Assembly (NCBI RefSeq): GCF_023333595.1
Contig: NZ_JAIQZM010000007.1
Coordinates: forward strand, 183,763 to 215,762
Length of the DNA: 32,000 nucleotides
Origin: Argonema galeatum A003/A1
GTDB lineage: Bacteria > Cyanobacteriota > Cyanobacteriia > Cyanobacteriales > Aerosakkonemataceae
Direction: 5' to 3'
Shown: in pieces, positions 24,184 through 32,000 of the stretch
Numbering within the stretch: position 1 is the stretch's first letter
How the letters are laid out: each line of letters begins with the position of its first letter
Position numbers and translations under genes: made by a program
The notes under the pieces: generated by a model
Databases searched by the model: none
Told to the model about the DNA's origin: nothing
Seen by the model: only the letters and a program-made list of their open reading frames with translations

Positions 24184-25068
24184 CTAGCGCTTTCTGCTGC
24201 CGAAACCACTGCTACGACTCCTGCCACCGCTGCCAAAACTAGACGATGGATTGCGACTGGGTTGAGATCTGCCAGATTGGCGCAGGGTACTGGAGCCAAA
24301 ACCAGAACCTGTGGGGCGATTGGTAGTAGATGGGCGCGAAGGACTGGTGTAGCTTGGCCGAGAAGAAGGAGAGTTTCTGATATTACCCGTAGTACGTAAA
24401 GTGGATTGTCGATTTCTTACCGCCGGTGGAGGCGTTTGGTAACGAGTTTGGTACTGTCCAACCGCTTGGTTATAGGTGCTGCCATACCCGCCATACCCAG
24501 TCATAACGCTGACTCCAGGCTGATATACTGGCGGCACGTAGTACTGGGGTCTAAATAACAAGCCGCTCACCAAATTCCCCGCTACAGCACCGGCAAAGGG
24601 TGCCCAGAAGCCGCTGCTTTGCTGACGCACGATTACGGTTTGGGGTTGTCCGGTTTGCGGATCTGTCCTAGTTTCGGTGACTGCGTGGATATATTCAATC
24701 TTGAAGTCTTCCTTTAGGTGCAAGGAGGTTTGACCGTTTTCAACCTTCAGATAACTCTTTTTGCCAGCGGATACCTCTTCCGGTGTCAGACTTGCCATCT
24801 GTAAGTCTGTGGTCCGAAAGGTAGAAGGCGTACCGGGTTGGGTGTTGAGCAAAAACAAGCTGTATTCCCCATTGGCATCGTTATAGCTAGCCTGCTGCAC
24901 GGGATACTCCCCTGGATTGATTTTGGTGGGAGCCGATCGCGCCGGACTGTTCTGATTGTATTGTCTGTTTGAGGTAGAATTGCCGCCGCAAGCGACAGTT
25001 GTCCAGCACAAGGTCAGAGCGAGAAAAAGGGTAGTAAATTTACGAAATACGGTTTGGTGACTGGCCAT
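24184..25068 (-). CDS. Putative lipoprotein with a Ser/Arg/Pro/Gly-rich C-terminal tail
   Basis: From Met 25068 the signal peptide and lipobox read FLALTLCWTTVAC-GG. The C-terminal roughly 100 aa are of low complexity. The longer track ORF start was rejected. Confidence 0.6.
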   Translation of the reverse strand: MASHQTVFRKFTTLFLALTLCWTTVACGGNSTSNRQYNQNSPARSAPTKINPGEYPVQQASYNDANGEYSLFLLNTQPGTPSTFRTTDLQMASLTPEEVSAGKKSYLKVENGQTSLHLKEDFKIEYIHAVTETRTDPQTGQPQTVIVRQQSSGFWAPFAGAVAGNLVSGLLFRPQYYVPPVYQPGVSVMTGYGGYGSTYNQAVGQYQTRYQTPPPAVRNRQSTLRTTGNIRNSPSSRPSYTSPSRPSTTNRPTGSGFGSSTLRQSGRSQPSRNPSSSFGSGGRSRSSGFGSRKR

Positions 25069-25275
25069 GATAATTTCACAACAAGCTTGGTTTGGGGTGA
25101 ACCTGCTCACAAGGGTGTAAAGCAGCAATCTATTTCTGCTATACTCAGCACGGCCTGTGACCGAGCTTTTTTTATCCCTGTAGGGGCTTTCGCATTCCGT
25201 CAAAGATCTTTGGGTTCAACTAACAAATTATTCACGGAATGCTTCGCCCATTTATGCCCGTGCGAAGTATACCAG

Positions 25276-25932
25276 TTAGAGAGGGATTAATTCTGGAAAA
25301 TGCTCCAACAGTTGGTCAGAAGTTAATTCATCGCCCAATTGAGCGGGTGACCAGTGAATTTGGATGGCCCGCAAGGTTCCTTTATAGTGTAGGTTAATCA
25401 ATGCTTTCAGACCAGCTTTGAGGGCGCTTAGGTTGGAGAGATCCCCTTCCAATTCGGGAACTTCGCCTTCATAAGCGATCGTAATCATCACGATCAGGTG
25501 ACGAGTCACCGGCAGATACAAAGGTTCGTTTGCTCCTGGTGCGGGGCGTGACAGGTCTGGTTCGCCGCTTAAGTACCGCTGGGCGGAGTCGGTAAATAAA
25601 TTGTTGAATTCGTCACCCGCTTCGCCTTCCTCCGAAAAGACGTTGCCTTCATTGGCGGCAGATTGCCAGTTGGTGTCGTACTGCAATAGGTTTTGGCAGA
25701 TATCCACCAATCCTTCGCCCAAGACTTGCATATTGTCTTCTGGGTCAATTGCCTGCCGTTCTGCATCAATTGCCTGCCGTGCAGCCCGATTGAGGACGCC
25801 CAGGAGTGGGGCAATTTGTTCACCAGCTAGATGGATAAATAGACGACAGACCACAAAACGTTTACGGCCCATCATCTGCCCGAAGCGATCGCGCCATGCG
25901 TTCATCCGTTTACCTCTCAACTCCAGGGCCAT
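25276..25932 (-). CDS. Hypothetical protein resembling the C-terminal region of DUF1517 proteins
   Basis: 218 aa ending LRAIQIHWSPAQLGDELTSDQLLEHFPELIPL. It contains a 21-nt tandem duplication (QAIDAERQAID) at about 25745-25787. The family assignment is from memory only. Confidence 0.45.
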   Translation of the reverse strand: MALELRGKRMNAWRDRFGQMMGRKRFVVCRLFIHLAGEQIAPLLGVLNRAARQAIDAERQAIDPEDNMQVLGEGLVDICQNLLQYDTNWQSAANEGNVFSEEGEAGDEFNNLFTDSAQRYLSGEPDLSRPAPGANEPLYLPVTRHLIVMITIAYEGEVPELEGDLSNLSALKAGLKALINLHYKGTLRAIQIHWSPAQLGDELTSDQLLEHFPELIPL

Positions 25933-25982
25933 TTTACCAACTTTCGTCTTTGCTTATTATAATAATTTTTCAACCAAAAGAC

Positions 25983-27545
25983 TTATTTCTCCAGGGCTGG
26001 AAAGTTTTTGATAAAATCAAAAACTACGCTAGCAGAAGGCGGAGTATATTTCACTGGCTCTATTGAAGTTATTTGGTCGGGATTGGCGAAGCTGGATGGT
26101 TTAACAAAACGTTTCCCAAACTGGGGATGATGATATATATTCAAAGTTTGATCGCTAGAATTAGTTAAAACGATCTGGGTAGGAGATTGAAAAAATTTAG
26201 AATCTTCCTTGATTGCGAAACTACTTTTCAATAACTTGACGGAAAAAATTTTGCTCAATCCTTGAATAAGGGCGTTACTCAACTTCTGTAGGCGATCGGG
26301 TTCTTTGATACTTAAATTGTCCATCTCTTGCGATTGCAGCATCTGCATTAAGATAATGATATTTTTATGAGTAGCTTCACTATCTGTAAAGGGAAGAATA
26401 GCAAGGTAAGCAGTGGAAAATAATTGGTTATCGTTATCTATCACAAATGTGAGCAGAGTGCGGCGACGGCCTACTTTAATGCTGGGTGGTAGGTAGAAAA
26501 CTGACTGTTGCTGAGCGATTTGATGGTAACAGGAAGCTAAGGTAAAATGAGATTCGTGGTCTAAGGGTGCGTCGATAATAATCTGGACGGTAGGTAAAGT
26601 TTGATGAAAAAACTTTCTCGCTTCTTCAGAACTGAGGCGGTAAATCTGGGTCCGATCGCCATCCGGGCTTAAATCTACCCACTCACAAATTAAGCCTTCA
26701 GTTTTCAGACCGAAGCGAGAAACCGCATAAAGTTTTGCCCCAGTTAAAGTAGCTCCCGATAAGTCCGCACCAGTCCAATCAGCCCGGATCAATCTTGCTT
26801 GTGTGAGATCGGCGTGAACCAAGCTGGCATTTAATAAATTGGCATTGCTTAAGTCTGCCCCAATTAAGTTAGCCCCACTCAATTTGGCATCGCTGAGATC
26901 GGCCCATCTCAAATTCGCGCCACTTAAGTCAACCCATCTCAGATTTGCCCCACTCAAATTGGCTCCGCTCAAGTTGGCGCAACTGAGGTTAGCTTGTCTG
27001 AGTTCGGCATCTCTCAGGTTAGCGCCAGTAAGATCGGCTCGACTCAGATCGCTTCCATGCAAATTTGCCCCCTCCAAGTTGGCTGCTGTCAGAGAAGCAC
27101 CCCTGAGATTAGCCCCACTCAGGTTAGCGCGACTGAGGTTAGCTTGTCTAAGTTTTGCTTCTCGGAGATCAGCACTGGTGAGGTTAGCCCCTGTAAGGTT
27201 CGCCCTGCTGAGTTCGGCTCGAATCAGTTCGGCTCTGATTAAGGCTGCTTGGATGAGTTCCGCTCCACCCAGGTCTGCTCGAATCAAGTTAGCCACGTTG
27301 AGAACAGCTCTGTTCAAGTTAGCCTTGGTGAGATTAGCACCGCTCAGTCTGGCGACGTTGAGTTTGGCATGACTTAAGTTTGCTGCATAGAGATTTGCGC
27401 CACTGAGGTTAGCCACACTCAGGTTAGCCCCACTTAAATTAGCACCGCTCAGGTTAAAACCACTCAGGTTAGCCTCGGTCAGGTTGGCAGCAGCAAAGTT
27501 TCTTTCTCCTGCTTCGTATTTAGTTATAAATTCTTCGACTTCCAT
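25983..27545 (-). CDS. Pentapeptide-repeat protein (520 aa) with an unassigned C-terminal domain of about 230 aa, paralogue 1
   Basis: The N-terminal roughly 280 aa are A(N/D)LSx repeats. The C-terminal domain begins LYAVSRFGLKTEGLICEWVDLSPDGDR. Confidence 0.85.
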   Translation of the reverse strand: MEVEEFITKYEAGERNFAAANLTEANLSGFNLSGANLSGANLSVANLSGANLYAANLSHAKLNVARLSGANLTKANLNRAVLNVANLIRADLGGAELIQAALIRAELIRAELSRANLTGANLTSADLREAKLRQANLSRANLSGANLRGASLTAANLEGANLHGSDLSRADLTGANLRDAELRQANLSCANLSGANLSGANLRWVDLSGANLRWADLSDAKLSGANLIGADLSNANLLNASLVHADLTQARLIRADWTGADLSGATLTGAKLYAVSRFGLKTEGLICEWVDLSPDGDRTQIYRLSSEEARKFFHQTLPTVQIIIDAPLDHESHFTLASCYHQIAQQQSVFYLPPSIKVGRRRTLLTFVIDNDNQLFSTAYLAILPFTDSEATHKNIIILMQMLQSQEMDNLSIKEPDRLQKLSNALIQGLSKIFSVKLLKSSFAIKEDSKFFQSPTQIVLTNSSDQTLNIYHHPQFGKRFVKPSSFANPDQITSIEPVKYTPPSASVVFDFIKNFPALEK

Positions 27546-27678
27546 GATTGGCTACCTTATCCATAATCCTGATAGTTCAAACAACATTTAACTTTTAAGT
27601 TGTTGCTGTTATCATAGTTTTTCTCAATTTTGTCCCAGCAAAATGCGATTTTTCCGAAAAGCACTACCCACTCTTCGA

Positions 27679-29226
27679 TCAAGGAAATGTTTTGATAAAA
27701 TCACAGATTACATTCAAAGCAGGCAATGCTAACTTATTGGTATTTACAGCTATTTTAACCGAAGGTTCTATCTTCACTGGCGTAATAATCTTTTTGCCAA
27801 AAGTAGGATGATTATAAAGATTCAAAACTCTGTCGTTGGAATTATTTAAAATTGTTTGAGTTGGAGATTGAAAGAAATTACCCTTTTTTAGATTTTTAGG
27901 GAAATATTTCAAAATCTTACTTTTGTGGAGTTTAGTAATTAAGTGAATTAGGTCGCCACTTATTTGCTGAAGTTGATTTTTTTCTTGAGCGTTCAGAGTT
28001 TCTATATCTTCTTGTTGAACCATTTGGAGCAAAGTCATGATATTTTCCTGAGTGGCAGAGGCATCGTCAAAGGGGGAAATAGCGACATAAGCAGTAGGAA
28101 ATAATTGCTCGTCACTATCAATCCTAAGTGTGATAGTAGTTCTCCGATCGCCCACTTCAATACTGGGTGGGCGATTTAGGCTCGGATATTCTTGAGCGAA
28201 GTGATAATAAGTAGCAGCTAAGGCAAAGTTAGCGTCTTGGTCTAAAGGGGCATCGACGATGATGCGGATCGTAGGTAATGTTTGATGAAAAAACCTTCTT
28301 GCTTCTTCGACGCTCAGACGGTAGATCGCAGAGCGATCGCCATCCGGGCTTAAATCCATCCACTCGCAGGTCATCCCTTCCGTCTTCAGACCGAAGCGGG
28401 AAACAGCATACAGCTTAGCTCCGGTTAAAGTTGCACCCGTTAGATCGGCACCAACCCAATCTGCCCGGATCAAATTGGCTTGGCTTAAATCCGCATGAAC
28501 CAGACTAGCATTTAATAAGTTCGCATTGCTCAAATCCGCCCCACTTAAGTTTGCCCCACTCAACTTTGCCTCGCTCAGGTTAGCCCATTTGAGATTCACT
28601 CCACTCAAATCGGCCCATCTCAGATTCGCCCCACTCAAATCAGCGCCGCTCAGATCGGCTAAACCGAGATTGGTTTGTCTGAGTTCTGCACCTCTGAGGT
28701 CGGCTCCGCTGAGGTCAGCCCGACTCAGATCGCTCCCGTGCAAGTTAGCCTGTTCCAAGCTAGCTTCTGTCAGGCAGGTTCCCCTGAGATTGGCCTCGCT
28801 CAGGTTAGCTCCGCTCAAGTTAGCTAACCTAAGTCTTGCCTCTGCTAAATCGGCTCCTGTCAAGTTAGCTCCGCTCAAGTTAGCTCCGCTGAGTTCGGCC
28901 CGAATCAGTTCGGCTCTGATCAGGGAAGCTTGCACGAGTTCGGCTCCACCCAGGTCAGCGCGAACCAAATTGGCTACGTTAAGGATAGCTCCGTTTAAAT
29001 TGGCATTAGTGAGATTGGCGCCACTGAGCCTAGCAACGTTGAGTTTTGCCTGACTTAGATTGGCTTCGCTCAGGTTAGCGCCGCTGAGGTTTGATATGCT
29101 CAGATTGGCCCCGCTCAAATTGGCCCCGCTCAGGTTAACGCCACTTAAATTGGCCTCGCTGAGGTTAACACCAGTAAAATCTCTGGCTCCTGCTGCGTAT
29201 TTTTTTAGAAATTCTTCTACTTGCAT
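27679..29226 (-). CDS. Pentapeptide-repeat protein with the same C-terminal domain, paralogue 2
   Basis: It is collinear with 25983..27545 over its full length (LYAVSRFGLKTEGMTCEWMDLSPDGDR...). The start is set at Met 29226. Confidence 0.85.
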   Translation of the reverse strand: MQVEEFLKKYAAGARDFTGVNLSEANLSGVNLSGANLSGANLSISNLSGANLSEANLSQAKLNVARLSGANLTNANLNGAILNVANLVRADLGGAELVQASLIRAELIRAELSGANLSGANLTGADLAEARLRLANLSGANLSEANLRGTCLTEASLEQANLHGSDLSRADLSGADLRGAELRQTNLGLADLSGADLSGANLRWADLSGVNLKWANLSEAKLSGANLSGADLSNANLLNASLVHADLSQANLIRADWVGADLTGATLTGAKLYAVSRFGLKTEGMTCEWMDLSPDGDRSAIYRLSVEEARRFFHQTLPTIRIIVDAPLDQDANFALAATYYHFAQEYPSLNRPPSIEVGDRRTTITLRIDSDEQLFPTAYVAISPFDDASATQENIMTLLQMVQQEDIETLNAQEKNQLQQISGDLIHLITKLHKSKILKYFPKNLKKGNFFQSPTQTILNNSNDRVLNLYNHPTFGKKIITPVKIEPSVKIAVNTNKLALPALNVICDFIKTFP

Positions 29227-29529
29227 TAGGCTACCTTGCACACATACGGACTAGATTGATGGAACGGACGGCGCGGGAGTGCCAATACCATTTCACTTTT
29301 AGTTTGCTACATCTGGGAGACAGAAGAGGCTCTTGGAGGCAAGCTGCATGGGCGCAACTAGCAGTCGAAAGCCCCAGACTGCCTCAACAAGAGTTTTGTG
29401 TCCATATTCCAATTGTTAACGCTGATATGCTAAGAGCGCTAACCCTACTGTATAGGTTGGGCTTTATACTTTAACGAGTAAACCCAGTCTCCTAGACTAG
29501 ATAGCAGCGATCGTATCGGTGGACTCTCT

Positions 29530-31374
29530 ATGTCGTTTTATTCTCAAGTCAAACGATTTCTAGTCGGTGAATCGTTACCGACGAGCGCCCATGCAGAAGA
29601 ACGGTTGAGTAAAGCCGCTGCATTGGCTGTTCTTTCCTCTGATGCGCTCTCATCGGTTGCTTACGCCACAGAAGAAATCTTACTGGTTCTGGTAGCCGCC
29701 GGAAGTGCTGCTCTGGGTTGGTCTGTACCAATTTCTGTCGCGATCGTCCTGCTGCTGGGAATCGTCGTTTTTTCCTATAGGCAAACCATCCGAGCTTACC
29801 CTATGGGTGGTGGCTCCTACATCGTTGCCCGCGAGAACCTGGGCCTAATTCCGGGACTCGTGGCAGGTGGTTCGCTGATGATCGACTACATCCTGACGGT
29901 GACAGTGAGCGTTTCTGCTGGAACAGCCGCCTTAACCTCAGCAATTCCAGAATTACAAAAGTGGACAGTACCACTTTGCTTGATTTTTGTTTTCCTGTTG
30001 ATGGTGGCTAATTTGAGGGGGGTACGGGAATCAGGTCAGCTGTTTATGATTCCCACTTATACTTTTGTCATCAGCATTTTTATCCTGATTGGCGTTGGTT
30101 TTTATCAACAGGCTACCGGGCATATACCTGAAAATTACCCCGATCTTCCAGTTAAAGAATCGGTCAGTTTATTTTTCGTTTTGAATGCCTTTTCTAGAGG
30201 TTGTACGGCGCTTACCGGAGTGGAAGCGATATCCGATGGGGTTCTAGCGTTTAAGAAACCTGAGTCTAAAAATGCCCGCACTACATTGCTGTTTATGGGC
30301 GAAATTCTGGGAATTATGTTCCTGGGAATTACTTTGTTAACCAATGCTTACCATATTGTTCCAAAAGTGGGACAAACAGAAACAGTAGTTTCACTGTTGG
30401 GTCGCCAGATTTTGGGGGAAAATAACCCATTTTACTACTTTATCCAAGTTGCCACGCTGTTAATCTTACTTTTAGCTGCCAATACCAGCTTTGCGGACTT
30501 TCCCAGACTTTGTTACTTTTTGGCTCGCGATGGATTTTTGCCCCGACAATTAGCACTATTGGGCGATCGTCTAGTCTATTCCAACGGGGTTATTTTCTTG
30601 AGCGTATGTGCTGGTGTTTTGATCGTTATCTTCGGAGGTCAAGTTAACGCAGTTATTCCCCTGTATGCAGTGGGTGTGTTCACTTCATTTACTCTCTCCC
30701 AAGCTGGGATGGTACGCCGCTGGTTCAAAGAACGAACATCCGGTTGGAGAGCAAGCGCCTTGATGAACGGTATAGGAGCTATTGCTACAACAGTGGTTCT
30801 AGGAGTGATCGTAGCGACAAAATTCCTGGAGGGAGCTTGGTTAGTTGTGGTGGCAATTCCTTTGCTTGTGACCCTATTTATAGCCATTCGCCGTCACTAT
30901 AAATATGTGGCAGAACGTCTGAGTCTTGAGGGAATAGCGCCTCGGAGTCATATTCCTAGACCAAAAACGGATACTGTTACTCACCCAGCAGTGGTTGTGG
31001 TAGGTCAATTGAACCGAGGTACTCTAGAAGCATTAGACTATGCACGGAGCATAGCCGATGAAATTGTGGCGATTAGTGTCGATATCGGTACAACAGATCG
31101 AGAGAAGCTACAAAAACGATGGCAACAACTAGAGGCAGATATTCCTTTAGTAATTCTGGATTCGCCTTATCGATCGGTAATTAGTCCGATTGTCGATTTT
31201 GTAAGCGAGTTTGAAGATCGGCACGCTGGTGTTTTATCGACGGTAATCATTCCGGCTTTTGTAACCCGGAATTGGTGGGAGGGAATTTTGCATAACCAAA
31301 CAGCTGTCTTCTTGAAAGCGAAGTTACGCGCTCGCAAAAGTCGGGTCGTTACTACTGTTAGGTATTACCTTTAA
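29530..31374 (+). CDS. APC-superfamily permease with a cytoplasmic C-terminal domain
   Basis: 614 aa with about 12 hydrophobic helices. N-terminal LSSDALSSVAYATEEIL is typical of APC-family amino acid/cation transporters. Confidence 0.7.
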   Translation: MSFYSQVKRFLVGESLPTSAHAEERLSKAAALAVLSSDALSSVAYATEEILLVLVAAGSAALGWSVPISVAIVLLLGIVVFSYRQTIRAYPMGGGSYIVARENLGLIPGLVAGGSLMIDYILTVTVSVSAGTAALTSAIPELQKWTVPLCLIFVFLLMVANLRGVRESGQLFMIPTYTFVISIFILIGVGFYQQATGHIPENYPDLPVKESVSLFFVLNAFSRGCTALTGVEAISDGVLAFKKPESKNARTTLLFMGEILGIMFLGITLLTNAYHIVPKVGQTETVVSLLGRQILGENNPFYYFIQVATLLILLLAANTSFADFPRLCYFLARDGFLPRQLALLGDRLVYSNGVIFLSVCAGVLIVIFGGQVNAVIPLYAVGVFTSFTLSQAGMVRRWFKERTSGWRASALMNGIGAIATTVVLGVIVATKFLEGAWLVVVAIPLLVTLFIAIRRHYKYVAERLSLEGIAPRSHIPRPKTDTVTHPAVVVVGQLNRGTLEALDYARSIADEIVAISVDIGTTDREKLQKRWQQLEADIPLVILDSPYRSVISPIVDFVSEFEDRHAGVLSTVIIPAFVTRNWWEGILHNQTAVFLKAKLRARKSRVVTTVRYYL

Positions 31375-31385
31375 TCCCAGAAGCG

Positions 31386-32000
31386 ATGAACATTGGTATT
31401 GTCGGACTGGGATTAATTGGTGGTTCGTTAGGGTTAGATTTACGTAGCCTCGGTCACCAAATCTTGGGCGTCAGCCGTCGCTCTAGCACTTGTCAGGAGG
31501 CTCTAGCACGCGGCATTGTGGATGATGCTGGCGTCAATCTCTCAATGCTGGCGGCGGCTGATGTCGTGTTTATTTGCACTCCCTTGGGCGCAATTATTCC
31601 CACGGTTGAGGAACTGATTCCCCACCTTTCGGCTCATACAATTGTGACGGATGTTGGTTCGGTGAAGACGCCAATTGTGAAAGCGGCTGCTGCTATTTGG
31701 CCTAATTTTGTGGGCGGACATCCGATGGCTGGAACCGCAGAAAGCGGTTTGGATGCGGCTATATCCAATTTATTTGCTGGTAATCCTTATGTGCTGACGC
31801 CTGTGGAAACGACGCCTGCAAATGCTGTGAAGGTAGTAGAAGAAATTGTGCGATCGCTCGCCTGCAAATTCTATCTCTGCCGTCCAGAAAACCACGATAA
31901 AGCTGTGGCTTGGATTTCCCATTTGCCAGTAATGGTGAGTGCTGGTTTGATTGACGCTTGTATGCACGAAACTGACCCAAATGTGTTGGAATTAGCACAA
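31386..32000 (+). CDS. tyrA: Prephenate/arogenate dehydrogenase, N-terminal part; the gene runs off the right edge
   Basis: Translated by hand, since it is missing from the track for lack of a stop codon. It reads MNIGIVGLGLIGGSLGLDLRSLGHQILGVSRR... with FVGGHPMAGTAESG. Confidence 0.85.
   Translation, partial: MNIGIVGLGLIGGSLGLDLRSLGHQILGVSRRSSTCQEALARGIVDDAGVNLSMLAAADVVFICTPLGAIIPTVEELIPHLSAHTIVTDVGSVKTPIVKAAAAIWPNFVGGHPMAGTAESGLDAAISNLFAGNPYVLTPVETTPANAVKVVEEIVRSLACKFYLCRPENHDKAVAWISHLPVMVSAGLIDACMHETDPNVLELAQ

Noticed and set aside
26839-29254. Plus-strand ORFs 26839..27372, 26994..27242, 28526..29053 and 29060..29254 (LAPLKLAPLRL...)
   Set aside because: These are antisense read-through of the pentapeptide-repeat genes. 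The periodic 15-nt repeat keeps the opposite strand free of stops.
29242-29529. Possible riboswitch in the 288-nt leader upstream of the APC permease
   Set aside because: I compared it by eye with glycine, glutamine, guanidine (ykkC) and cobalamin consensus elements and found no convincing match. A covariance-model scan would be needed.

Overview
This window looks like a chromosomal segment from a cyanobacterium, probably a filamentous Oscillatoriales-type genome. The taxon call rests on frequent HIP1 GCGATCGC octamers, heptamer STRR-like repeats and the housekeeping genes present, and it is inference.

Housekeeping genes: a partner-switching pair (PP2C phosphatase and STAS antagonist), srxA-dps, a SpoIID-family protein, petF, a biliverdin reductase-like oxidoreductase, a PMT/GT39 glycosyltransferase, an aldo/keto reductase, petB-petD, an APC permease and the start of tyrA.

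Accessory material:
1. An IsrB-type (HNH-less IscB) OMEGA element lies directly 3' of dps. Its structured upstream leader, the expected omega-RNA position, is split by a complete 2152-nt group II intron that ends 26 nt before the isrB start codon. The isrB reading frame is also broken by a frameshift. This is the most unusual locus in the window.
2. A STAND NB-ARC/TPR ATPase has its N-terminal helical module cut off by one in-frame TGA. It also carries an in-frame block of palindromic G6/C6 mini-repeats, near-identical 120-nt TPR duplications and a C-terminal membrane anchor.
3. A small toxin-antitoxin and mobile island holds a GNAT with an overlapping unannotated small ORF, hicB with a decayed hicA, an intact hicBA pair, a retropepsin-like protease and a solo TnpB.
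4. A roughly 41-copy purine-rich octamer array, flanked by a perfect 15-bp inverted repeat, sits upstream of petBD. A related 16-mer repeat lies in frame inside the glycosyltransferase gene.
5. Two tandem 520-aa pentapeptide-repeat paralogues share an unassigned C-terminal domain.

I recognised no rRNA, tRNA or CRISPR array. All calls come from reading the sequence and the ORF track, with no searches run.
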